Shown here: positions 29,717-39,023 of the stretch, in pieces
Layout: every line of letters starts with the position of its first letter
Numbering within the stretch: the stretch's first letter is position 1
NCBI GenBank assembly: GCA_016195685.1
Contig: JACPZE010000020.1
Coordinates: forward strand, 85,725 to 149,724
Direction: 5' to 3'
Length of the DNA stretch: 64,000 bases
Source of the DNA: Candidatus Gottesmanbacteria bacterium
GTDB taxonomy: Bacteria; Patescibacteriota; Microgenomatia; 2-02-FULL-39-11
Translations under genes and position numbers: made by a program
Notes under the pieces: generated by a model
Told to the model about the DNA's origin: nothing
What the model saw: only the letters and a program-made list of their open reading frames with translations
The model's database searches: none

Positions 29717-31393
29717 ATGAGAAGACTCTTTTTTGTCATTGCGATCTTATTTTTGGCTTTTATACTTCGCTTTTATAAATTAGGACAAGTTCCTATTTCC
29801 CTTGAATGGGATGAGGTTGCTCTTGGTTATGATGCTTATTCAATTTTAAATACTGGTAAAGATCAATTCGGAAAATTTTTCCCTTCAACTTTTCGCTCAC
29901 TTGACGATTATAAACCTCCTATTTATGAGTATGCGACTGTACCGCCTGTTGCGATATTTGGATTGAATGAATTCGCAGTCAGATTCCCATCAGCGCTGTT
30001 TGGAACATTAACTGTATTATTGACATATTTGCTAGTTAAAGTTATTTTCGACCAAATTCCTCAATTTAAAAAAAGTTCTCTAAATATAGCACTAATAGCG
30101 TCTTTTTTATTGGCTATTTCTCCTTGGCATCTGCAGTTTAGCAGAGCTGCTTTTGAAGTTAATTTATCTGTTTTTATTACTGTTGCAGCGCTATTATCAT
30201 TTTTTATTGGGCTGAAAAAACCAAAATATTTTTTACTTTCCTCATTTCTATTTGGGTTTGATTTATTTTCTTATCACAGTACTAGAGTCATCACCCCTCT
30301 TCTTTTAATATTCTTATTTTTTATTTTTAATAAAAACTTGCCCTCAAGAAAAACAGTTTTGGGCTTTTTAGCAATTTATGGTTTGTTTTTCTTAGGTTTT
30401 ATTCCAATATTATTATCTCCTGATGCACAGATAAGATTTAGAGCCACGAACATATTTAATCCTGGAGCCAGATATACAGATGAGAAAGATTTGCCGAAAA
30501 TTTTTCTAGATAAGAGGCTAGAAGATAAAAATGCTGGTTTTGAATTAGCAGGAAAAATATTTCACAACCAACGCTTGATTTATACCGATTATGATACTCT
30601 AAAGAAAGCTTTTTTCAAGTATCTTTCACATTTTGATTTTGAATTTTTATTCGTAAAAGGAGATGCACCTCTCCATCATGCTCCGGATTTTGGTCTTCTC
30701 TATCTTTGGGAATTTCCATTCTTAATTACCGGTCTGTTTTTTATGTTTAAAAATGGATTGAATAGGTATTCTGTTTTTTTGCCTATTTGGATGTTACTTG
30801 CTCCACTTCCTGTTGCAGTTACCCGAGAGGCACCTCACGCGGTCAGATCAGAACTTATCCTGCCTACTTTTCAAATTTTTACTGCAGTAGGATTGATTGT
30901 ATTTCTTAATAAAATTAAGAATGAATCTCATTGGGTAAAATTTTCCCTAGTTAGTTTAGCTGTATCTTTACTGATGATAAATAATTCCAATTATTTGCAT
31001 CAATATTTTGTCCATACAAATTATGATCTATCCAAATATTGGCTTTATGGGAGAAAGGAAGCAGTAGAGTTTACAGAACAAAATAAAGTAAATTTTGATA
31101 AAGTTTTGGTATCTATGAAGGTCGATATGCCTTTTATATTCTGGCTATTTTATAGTAAATATCCTCCTGAAACGTATTTGCATGAGGGGGGTACTGTTTC
31201 CGGTGGTTTTGCTAATGAGAGAAATCATTTTGATAAATATGAATTCCGAAATTTTGATTACAACAGTCTACCGTCAAATGAAAATCTCCTTTTGGTAGGA
31301 ACGCCGGATAGTTTTCCAGATGATGCCAAAATCCTGAAAACTATTTACTATCTTGACGGGACTCAAGCATTGAAAATCGCTGCCAATAAATAA
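29717..31393 (+). CDS. ArnT/PMT_2-like GT-C glycosyltransferase, tandem paralog 1
   Basis: WDEVALGYDAYSILNTGKDQFGKFFP..FRSLDDYKPPIYEY...FGLNEFAVRFPSALFGTLTV and C-terminal YYLDGTQALKIA. ATG at 29717; the track start 29672 overlaps the upstream gene. Confidence 0.7.
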   Translation: MRRLFFVIAILFLAFILRFYKLGQVPISLEWDEVALGYDAYSILNTGKDQFGKFFPSTFRSLDDYKPPIYEYATVPPVAIFGLNEFAVRFPSALFGTLTVLLTYLLVKVIFDQIPQFKKSSLNIALIASFLLAISPWHLQFSRAAFEVNLSVFITVAALLSFFIGLKKPKYFLLSSFLFGFDLFSYHSTRVITPLLLIFLFFIFNKNLPSRKTVLGFLAIYGLFFLGFIPILLSPDAQIRFRATNIFNPGARYTDEKDLPKIFLDKRLEDKNAGFELAGKIFHNQRLIYTDYDTLKKAFFKYLSHFDFEFLFVKGDAPLHHAPDFGLLYLWEFPFLITGLFFMFKNGLNRYSVFLPIWMLLAPLPVAVTREAPHAVRSELILPTFQIFTAVGLIVFLNKIKNESHWVKFSLVSLAVSLLMINNSNYLHQYFVHTNYDLSKYWLYGRKEAVEFTEQNKVNFDKVLVSMKVDMPFIFWLFYSKYPPETYLHEGGTVSGGFANERNHFDKYEFRNFDYNSLPSNENLLLVGTPDSFPDDAKILKTIYYLDGTQALKIAANK

Positions 31394-31404
31394 TTTCAAA
31401 AACC

Positions 31405-32268
31405 ATGAAGGGCAAAATTTTATTCTTAGGTATTTTGGTATTTACAGCGGTCACAAGACTATTTCTCTTAAATAAAATTCCTCCTTCGATTAATTCGTCC
31501 GTTTATATTTGGCGCTTACTTTCAGTGTTTGCCTGTCTGATCAGCACGATTGTTGTATATACCTTGGTGAAGATGAATGTACGAAAGAAGAAGATTGCCC
31601 TTTTATCTTCCTGGATATTTGTGAATTTACCCTGGGTATTTGAGCAAAGTCGGATTATATCTTCTCCAAATTTAGCATTAACTTTGGTATTACTAATTAT
31701 GCTTTTAGTGTTAAATACCAAATATAAATTAAGAGTAGTTTTTTTATTATTTATTCCTGTTATTTTTTTTGTAAGTTATCCTAAAATGTGGATTTTTCAC
31801 GCATCTGAATTCAAATTTAATTACATTAATTTTATTAATAATTTATTTATGTTATTTTCTTTTGATTTCCTTTTTTTCAAAAATTTTACTTTTTGGTGGG
31901 GAGGAGTAAAGGAATTTGGAGTTATGTTCACGGCGTTTTTGCCATTTTTTATTGTTGGTATTTATGAAATGATAAACAGACAGGAATTTAAATTATTATT
32001 ATTGATAGTTTTTTTTGGAATTTTTTCAGCCTTAAGTCCATACTTTCCTGAAAGCCGCGAATTCTATCTAGCTGTACCTATAATTTCATTCATAACAGCG
32101 CTAGGTATTTATTGTGTCACGCAGAAAATGAAATCGGTTAACAGATCTATTTTAATATTTATGATTTTTTTGATATTGTATGAATCAGCACAATTTTTTC
32201 ACTTCTATTTTATCCATTATCCACAACAAATCATTAGTAATGTTTCCCAAATACATGAATCTTTCTAA
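31405..32268 (+). CDS. Truncated/divergent ArnT-like paralog (membrane core only; lacks catalytic first loop and C-terminal domain)
   Basis: RLLSVFACLISTIVVYTLVK...IALLSSWIFVNLPWVFEQSRIISSPNLALTLVLL aligns to the R-PSAL...ISPWH.QFSR segment of neighbouring paralogs. The ORF starts there and ends after ~7 TM helices. Confidence 0.45.
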   Translation: MKGKILFLGILVFTAVTRLFLLNKIPPSINSSVYIWRLLSVFACLISTIVVYTLVKMNVRKKKIALLSSWIFVNLPWVFEQSRIISSPNLALTLVLLIMLLVLNTKYKLRVVFLLFIPVIFFVSYPKMWIFHASEFKFNYINFINNLFMLFSFDFLFFKNFTFWWGGVKEFGVMFTAFLPFFIVGIYEMINRQEFKLLLLIVFFGIFSALSPYFPESREFYLAVPIISFITALGIYCVTQKMKSVNRSILIFMIFLILYESAQFFHFYFIHYPQQIISNVSQIHESF

Positions 32269-33916
32269 CAAGACTTACTTTTTATTAATTCTAATTGTTA
32301 TTCTTGCAGCAACGATAAGGCTGATTTGGTTGGATAAATATCCTTCCTCACTCTATTCTGATGAAATAGATCAAGGCTATAATGCGTATTCGTTGATGCT
32401 GACAGGTAAAGATGAACATGGAGTTTACATGCCTGTATCACTTCGATCTTTTGGTGATTGGAAGCCACCGTTACCGTCATATTTCATGATTCCATTTATA
32501 CGCTTAATAGGACTTTCGGAAGTTTCTGTAAGAATGCCATCAGCTCTACTAGGAATCATTACAATTATTCTTATTTTTTTCCTGACCATGGAATTATTTT
32601 CCGATCAGGAAAAACGCACGAAAATTGCTTTACTTTCTTCCTTCTTTTTATCTATTTCTCCTTGGGATATTTTACAAAGCAGAGCAGCAATGTTGGTGGT
32701 AACAGGATTATTTTTTCTAGTATTTGGCGTATATTTATTCATGAAAGGCTTAAAAAATAGTAAATTGCTTTATCTTTGTGAGTTATCGTTTGCATTGTCT
32801 ATTTATTCTTACTATGGCCTCAGAGTTGTCATCCCAGTTATTTTGATAACCTTACTTTTCTCTTTTAAAAAGCGCTTATTAGGCACGCTTACCCACAAAG
32901 ACTTTTTAGGTCTATTTATTCTTGGGTGCATATTACTTCTTCCTCTCCTTATTTCCTTTATAAAACAACCTGATGTGATTTTCGGTCGAGCAAAAACAGT
33001 AAGTATCTTCTATGATCAGGGAATAAATCTTAGAAAATGGGAATTAATTACGCAGGATGGAATTAATGCAAATCCCCTTATCACGCGTTTATTCCATAAT
33101 AATTTTTATATGTATGGAAGAAATATTCTGCAAAGATTTTTATCGCATTTTGATGGACGTTACTTATTCATGATTGGTGATACTTCTCAACCATTTCAGA
33201 TACCAAACATGGGTATACTGAATTTTACGGATTTATTTTTTATACCCTTGGGATTATTAGTTATATTTAAGAAAAATTATGCGTCACGCTGGTTAATTTT
33301 TTGTTGGATAATTGCAGGAATTTTACCATCCGCTTTTACTTTTGTTACGCCTTCCAGTAATAGGACTTTTAATGCAATTGTCATTTACTCTATTTTAGTT
33401 GCAGTGGGTACATTTTATTTCGCAAGAATATTATCCAAAAGATTATTGGGTATATTTGTTATATCTCTACTTTATTCTTTAAGTTTCGGATATTTCCTAA
33501 ATCAATACTTTGTCGAGTTACCAATTAACCATGCTGACTGGTGGAATTACGGTTGGAAACAGGTAGTAGAAATGGTAAAAAACAAGGAGGATAAATATAA
33601 CAATATAATAGTTCCAGATGTAAACGGAATGCCATATATCTATTTTCTTTTTTACGAAAAATATTCTCCAGAAGAATTTCAAAAAAGAGCTATCAAAACA
33701 TATATAGCTGATAGATTCGGATATGAGCACGTGGAGGGTTTTGGAAAATATTTGTTTCCAAATGAATTTGATTGGAATTTTATCAAGAAAAACAGTTTAG
33801 ATAAACACGCCTTGTATATTGTACCGGAAGATTTAGCGAAAAGCGATACTAATTATATTAATGCCATTTATTACCCAAATGGTAAAATAGCCTTTAAGAT
33901 ATTTGCTTATGAATAA
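32240..33916 (+). CDS. ArnT/PMT_2-like GT-C glycosyltransferase, tandem paralog 2
   Basis: YSDEIDQGYNAYSLMLTGKDEHGVYMPVSLRSFGDWKPPLPSY...VRMPSALLG and C-terminal YYPNGKIAFKIFA. The track start 32180 overlaps the upstream ORF by ~90 bp; internal ATGs at 32240 and 32255 precede the first TM. Confidence 0.65.
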   Translation: MFPKYMNLSNKTYFLLILIVILAATIRLIWLDKYPSSLYSDEIDQGYNAYSLMLTGKDEHGVYMPVSLRSFGDWKPPLPSYFMIPFIRLIGLSEVSVRMPSALLGIITIILIFFLTMELFSDQEKRTKIALLSSFFLSISPWDILQSRAAMLVVTGLFFLVFGVYLFMKGLKNSKLLYLCELSFALSIYSYYGLRVVIPVILITLLFSFKKRLLGTLTHKDFLGLFILGCILLLPLLISFIKQPDVIFGRAKTVSIFYDQGINLRKWELITQDGINANPLITRLFHNNFYMYGRNILQRFLSHFDGRYLFMIGDTSQPFQIPNMGILNFTDLFFIPLGLLVIFKKNYASRWLIFCWIIAGILPSAFTFVTPSSNRTFNAIVIYSILVAVGTFYFARILSKRLLGIFVISLLYSLSFGYFLNQYFVELPINHADWWNYGWKQVVEMVKNKEDKYNNIIVPDVNGMPYIYFLFYEKYSPEEFQKRAIKTYIADRFGYEHVEGFGKYLFPNEFDWNFIKKNSLDKHALYIVPEDLAKSDTNYINAIYYPNGKIAFKIFAYE

Positions 33917-35654
33917 TAAAAGGTTTTTATTGGGGATGATATTTTTGTTAGGATTAATTCTTCGATTTTGGAATCTTAAAGAAGCGCCTCCTGGACTTAA
34001 TAGAGATGAAGCTTCTATTGGATACACCGCATATTCACTTCTAAAGACTGGTAAAGATGAGTATGGTAAATCTTGGCCGATTTCATTTAAATCTTTTGGG
34101 GACTGGAAACTCCCTTTATATATTTATGTTGATATACCTTTCATAAATTCTTTAGGAATGACAGATATATCTGTAAGGTTACCCTCTGCAATATTCGGTA
34201 GCCTTACAGTATTTATCGTTTATTTTCTATCAAAAGAATTATTCAAAAAAGCAGAACACCTCCCATTATTATCGGCTTTTTTATTTTCTTTTTCCCCCTG
34301 GAGTATACATCTTTCACGAACTGCATCAGAAGCAAATGTAGCTGTTTTTTTTACGGCTTTGGGATTTTTATTTTATTTGCGGACTTCTAATATATGGAAT
34401 CAATTATTGGGAACAATTTTATTGTCTTTATCATTATATACATATCATGCGAATCATATATTTACACCTCTTTTATTTGCTGGGCTGGTCTTTTTTGCTT
34501 GGAGAAAAAATCGTTATCTGAAAACTCATCTTATTCCAATTTTCATTTTTTGCGTTTTAAGTTTTTTTATTTATAGCCAGACACTATTTAGTGCAGATAA
34601 AACTAAAATATCAGGATTATTTCCCGTTTCCGACCCATCTCTAGTATATGAAAAGGTAATTACCGATAGGTTGCAACATGTTAAGTCTCCAATATTTTTA
34701 TCAAATTTATTACATAACAAATTGCTTTTTATAACAATGTCAACGTTGCAAAATTATATTAAAAGTTTTTCTCCAGAGTTTTTATTTATTACCGGTGGAG
34801 GCAATGATCAACATAATATACCTGATTTTGGTAACCTATACTTGTGGGAAGCCCCATTTTTAATTCTCGGTTTTTCTTATTTTCTTATTATGAGAAGCGA
34901 AAACAAAAATATTATGCTTTGGTGGATATTGATTTCTCCAATTGCCGCAAGTATGACTAAAGATGCACCACATACAGCCAGAATGGCTTCCATAATTCCA
35001 TTATTTGAGATTCTCATTGCAATCGGAATTCTTAAATCAATAGATAATTTAAAACGAAGAGAAAATTATTTTCTTAGAATGTTTATTCCCATTGCGACTT
35101 TCTTATTTTTTATAAACTGTATTATTTGGGCGGATCGATATTTCATCCATTTTCCTCTTAAGCGTGTTTCGGAATGGGGAGAAGGATACTCGAAATTATT
35201 GACTTACCTGAAGGAAAATAATAATTTTGTTGCCAAGGAAATCGTAATGTCCAGACCGGAATATTCACCTTATATATATTTCCTTTTTTACAATTCAGTT
35301 GATCCTAGTTATTATCAAAATGCAGCAGTGAGATATCCGGAAACTGAAGAAGGCTTTCAGCATGTAGCCAAGTTTGATAATTATTCTTTTCGACAAATAG
35401 ATTGGACTGGAGATTTGGCAATACCAGATAGATTATACATTGAATGGAGTGAACAAATACCCAAGAGTGCAACTAATAGTTCGACGCTTATTACAAAAGA
35501 AGTAATGATGCAATTAATTAAGGACAATAAAAATCTATCCAACTTAAAAATTGGAGACATTATTATAAGTGAAAAAATTGGAGATATTAAACTACAAAAT
35601 AATAAATTTATGTTTTCACTTATCAAGACGTCGAAGCAGAATGAAAAAAACTGA
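33903..35654 (+). CDS. ArnT/PMT_2-like GT-C glycosyltransferase, tandem paralog 3
   Basis: NRDEASIGYTAYSLLKTGKDEYGKSWPISFKSFGDWKLPLYIY...VRLPSAIFGSLTV. Confidence 0.65.
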   Translation: MLMNNKRFLLGMIFLLGLILRFWNLKEAPPGLNRDEASIGYTAYSLLKTGKDEYGKSWPISFKSFGDWKLPLYIYVDIPFINSLGMTDISVRLPSAIFGSLTVFIVYFLSKELFKKAEHLPLLSAFLFSFSPWSIHLSRTASEANVAVFFTALGFLFYLRTSNIWNQLLGTILLSLSLYTYHANHIFTPLLFAGLVFFAWRKNRYLKTHLIPIFIFCVLSFFIYSQTLFSADKTKISGLFPVSDPSLVYEKVITDRLQHVKSPIFLSNLLHNKLLFITMSTLQNYIKSFSPEFLFITGGGNDQHNIPDFGNLYLWEAPFLILGFSYFLIMRSENKNIMLWWILISPIAASMTKDAPHTARMASIIPLFEILIAIGILKSIDNLKRRENYFLRMFIPIATFLFFINCIIWADRYFIHFPLKRVSEWGEGYSKLLTYLKENNNFVAKEIVMSRPEYSPYIYFLFYNSVDPSYYQNAAVRYPETEEGFQHVAKFDNYSFRQIDWTGDLAIPDRLYIEWSEQIPKSATNSSTLITKEVMMQLIKDNKNLSNLKIGDIIISEKIGDIKLQNNKFMFSLIKTSKQNEKN

Positions 35655-37260
35655 TATTTTACTTATTCTAATTCTAATTTTATCAATAGCGTTGCGTTTT
35701 TTTTATCTCGGCAAAATCCCTAATGGGTTTTATAGTGATGAGGCAGCTTATGGTTATAATGCCTATTCGATACTCAAAACAGGTAGAGACGAATATGGTA
35801 ATTTTTTACCACTGGCATTCAAATCATTCGGAGATTATAAAGCTCCATTATACATTTATTTTATGGTACCCTTCGTTTGGATTTTTGGACTTACAGAGTA
35901 TTCGGTGAGACTTAGTTCAGTAGTTTTAGGTATAGGAAGTATTTTTCTCATTTACCATCTGACAAAAAAATTATTTCAAACTAATTCTATCCCATTGCTT
36001 TCCGCTTTTTTAATTGCGACTTCACCTTTTGCTCTACAATATAATCGTATGGCGCATGAAAATAATCTTGTTTTATTTCTAATTACATTATCGATATTAC
36101 TCTTTTTTATATCATTCAAAAAACCAAAATACCTGATATTATCACTGATTACCTTTGCAGGAAGTATATACGCTTATCATGATACGAAAATATTTACTCC
36201 ACTTATACTGGTAACTTTATTTATACTATATAGAAAAAATATACGGATCAATAAATATACCACCATAAAGGCAATCATAATATTTCTTCTTCTCCTTGCG
36301 CCATTTTTCAAAAGCATAAATGACAAAAATAACTGGTCAAGAGCTCTATATACAAATATCTTCACTGATAAAGGTATAGTTTATGAAATAAATCAAGAAA
36401 TAGGAGAAAATATAGAAAGTGGTTTCAATGCTCCTAAAATATTCCATAATAAAGTAATTTCTTATACCCAGAAATTAATAGAAAACTATCTTAAGCAGTT
36501 TTCTCCAGAATTTATCTTTATTTTTGACGATCCAACAAAAATATATCAAATTGGCGGAAGTGGAATTTTATATCTAACAACCTTGCCTTTTCTCCTTTTA
36601 GGTATATATATATTTTTCCGAAAGAATTTAAATCATAAATGGTTAATTTTTCTTTGGCTAGGGATTTCTCCCTTACCAGCGGTTTTCACAAGGCTTGTTC
36701 CTTCCTCTAGTAGGATAATATCTTTTTTACCTGTCATTTCAATTATTATCGCAATAGGATATTTGTCTTCATTACCATATATTAAAAATAATTTCTCCAG
36801 GAAAATATATATAATAATTTTGTCTGTTATTTTTACATTAAATATAAGTTACTATCTGCATTATTATTATTTTAATACTCCCATCCGATTCGCTCATGAA
36901 TGGCATTATGGCATGAAAGAAGTGATTGGAGATGTTCTGAAAGTCCAAAATAAATATTCCCAGGTATGGTTTAGTAAAACTGCCTGGGGTTATATTTATC
37001 CGCTTTTTTATATGAAATACCCTCCAGATATATACCAAACTCAAGCAAAACTATCTGCATTAAATGAATTCGGATTTGGCTGGATAGATAATTTTGGAAA
37101 ATATACCTTTGCAGATATTCCGGATAAGTTGTATAGACGACCGGAAGTTTTATACATAGGTGATGTTTCTGATTTTCCGGATATCAAGAAACCGTTGAAT
37201 ACGGTATATTATCCAGACAATCATGTAGCCTTTTATTTAGCTGATCAAACGTCATTTTGA
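35641..37260 (+). CDS. ArnT/PMT_2-like GT-C glycosyltransferase, tandem paralog 4
   Basis: YSDEAAYGYNAYSILKTGRDEYGNFLPLAFKSFGDYKAPLYIY...VRLSSVVLG and C-terminal VYYPDNHVAFYLA. ATG at 35641 (MKKTDILLIL); the track start 35569 overlaps the upstream gene by 86 bp. Confidence 0.65.
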   Translation: MKKTDILLILILILSIALRFFYLGKIPNGFYSDEAAYGYNAYSILKTGRDEYGNFLPLAFKSFGDYKAPLYIYFMVPFVWIFGLTEYSVRLSSVVLGIGSIFLIYHLTKKLFQTNSIPLLSAFLIATSPFALQYNRMAHENNLVLFLITLSILLFFISFKKPKYLILSLITFAGSIYAYHDTKIFTPLILVTLFILYRKNIRINKYTTIKAIIIFLLLLAPFFKSINDKNNWSRALYTNIFTDKGIVYEINQEIGENIESGFNAPKIFHNKVISYTQKLIENYLKQFSPEFIFIFDDPTKIYQIGGSGILYLTTLPFLLLGIYIFFRKNLNHKWLIFLWLGISPLPAVFTRLVPSSSRIISFLPVISIIIAIGYLSSLPYIKNNFSRKIYIIILSVIFTLNISYYLHYYYFNTPIRFAHEWHYGMKEVIGDVLKVQNKYSQVWFSKTAWGYIYPLFYMKYPPDIYQTQAKLSALNEFGFGWIDNFGKYTFADIPDKLYRRPEVLYIGDVSDFPDIKKPLNTVYYPDNHVAFYLADQTSF

Positions 37261-37391
37261 AAATATGAAAGATTAATCTGCTAAATTTATTTAAGTTAAT
37301 CCATTAAATTATAGATTTATGGATAAATACGGTATTATAAATGATAATAAAGATATACATAAGATGACCGAGTAGGAGATTTTATAACCTT
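37261..37391 (+). promoter_or_regulatory. 131-bp AT-rich intergenic spacer, the largest in the locus; candidate internal promoter/RBS region
   Basis: Contains TATAAT-like hexamers (ggtattataaat), an 8-bp palindrome GATTAATC, and a GGAG Shine-Dalgarno-like motif ~12 nt before the ATG at 37392. Confidence 0.3.
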
Positions 37392-39023
37392 ATGAAGACC
37401 AAAGTATTATTTATTTTAATTATTTTATTAGCCTTTCTTCTTAGGACTTACAAATTGGATAAGTATCCGGGATTATTATATGGTGATGAGCAGGCTTTTG
37501 CCTGGAATGCTTATACAATATTGAAGATGGGAACCGATGAATTTGGGACGCCATACCCTCTTGAATTCCGTTCGTTTGATGATTATAAAGCCCCGATACC
37601 AGTTTATCTTCTTGTTCCCTTTATTAAGTTTTTGGGATTTAATCCTTTTGCTATCAGACTGCCGATTGCATTGGCTTCAATATTCACAGTAATTGCAGTT
37701 TACTTTTTCGCAAGGTTATACTTTAACCAAAAAGCATCTTTTATTATTACATTTCTTATGGCTGTGTCAGCATGGCATATACATTTATCGAGGGGATTTT
37801 TTGAGAGCACCCTTGCCTTGCTATGGTTTATACTCGGGGTTTATTTTTTCGTCAAAGACAAGCCTAATACAAGAAGGACTCTTCTGAGTATGACTTTTTT
37901 CGCTTTATCAATATATAGCTATTTTACACCAAGACTATTATTACCCTTATTTCTATTATTTCTTTTATTTTTTCAAAGATCTTATATTTTTTCCACCGGT
38001 AGGTTTTTATTTACCAACATAAAAATTTATATAATTGGCTTCCTTTTTCTTTTTGTTATTTCTCTGCCGCTTCTTCAGGTGACATTTTTCGGCCAGGGTC
38101 TTTCAAGGATGAAGAAACTTAATGAAAGTACAAATAATCTTATTGCCGAAACAGTAAAGCATGATAGATTTGCCACTAATCTGGAACCGGAATGGAATCG
38201 CTTCTTTCACAATAAGCTTACTGTTTGGGTAAGGTTATTCAAGGATAATTATTTAGAGCATTTGTCGGCTAATTTTTGGTATATATATGGAGATAGTTCT
38301 TTGCGGTATTTTACCGGCAATATGGGGATGTTTTACCTTATAGAATCTCCTTTCTTTATATTTGGTTTATATAACTTATGGAAAGAGAAGCGACGGGCAG
38401 CAACATTATCCTTAGGCTGGATATTACTTGCTCCCATTCCTGCTAGTTTGGTCGGACGCCCTTTTGCTTTAAGAAGTTTAGCTATGTTGCCGGTACCATT
38501 TTTTATCGTCGGATTTGGTATATATAAAGCAACTCAATATTTTAAGCAAATATTTATAAATTTGATTTTGAGCGCACTCATTTCTATTGCATTTATTACC
38601 TCTCTTTGTAGTTTATCTATTCGGTATTATCTGGAATATCCTGTATATGCGGCTACCTGGTGGGGTTGGGAAAATAAAGCAGCGTTTGATTTTGCAAAAG
38701 TGAGAGAATCAAACTTTGATAATATTTTTATTTCTGATTTTTATACAGGTTCAACCTTGGCTTTTGCTGTATATACCGGATACGACCCGAAAGAATATAT
38801 ATACTCAATAAATCATCCAGTTGTTTTGGCGGATGGAAGGCACCTGATTAAATTGGGTAAATATTATTTCGGTTCTTTAGACATCGATAGCAAAAGACTG
38901 CAGGAAGGGGTTATTCCACCACGTAGTTTATATATTGGTCGACCTGAAGAAGCTGATTCGGCTCTCCAAATTAAAGCTCCAGATGATGGAAGGGTAATAT
39001 TTAAAATATATGAGGTAAGGTAA
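37392..39023 (+). CDS. ArnT/PMT_2-like GT-C glycosyltransferase, tandem paralog 5
   Basis: YGDEQAFAWNAYTILKMGTDEFGTPYPLEFRSFDDYKAPIPVY...IRLPIALASIFTV. Preceded by the only >100-bp intergenic gap in the locus. Confidence 0.65.
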   Translation: MKTKVLFILIILLAFLLRTYKLDKYPGLLYGDEQAFAWNAYTILKMGTDEFGTPYPLEFRSFDDYKAPIPVYLLVPFIKFLGFNPFAIRLPIALASIFTVIAVYFFARLYFNQKASFIITFLMAVSAWHIHLSRGFFESTLALLWFILGVYFFVKDKPNTRRTLLSMTFFALSIYSYFTPRLLLPLFLLFLLFFQRSYIFSTGRFLFTNIKIYIIGFLFLFVISLPLLQVTFFGQGLSRMKKLNESTNNLIAETVKHDRFATNLEPEWNRFFHNKLTVWVRLFKDNYLEHLSANFWYIYGDSSLRYFTGNMGMFYLIESPFFIFGLYNLWKEKRRAATLSLGWILLAPIPASLVGRPFALRSLAMLPVPFFIVGFGIYKATQYFKQIFINLILSALISIAFITSLCSLSIRYYLEYPVYAATWWGWENKAAFDFAKVRESNFDNIFISDFYTGSTLAFAVYTGYDPKEYIYSINHPVVLADGRHLIKLGKYYFGSLDIDSKRLQEGVIPPRSLYIGRPEEADSALQIKAPDDGRVIFKIYEVR

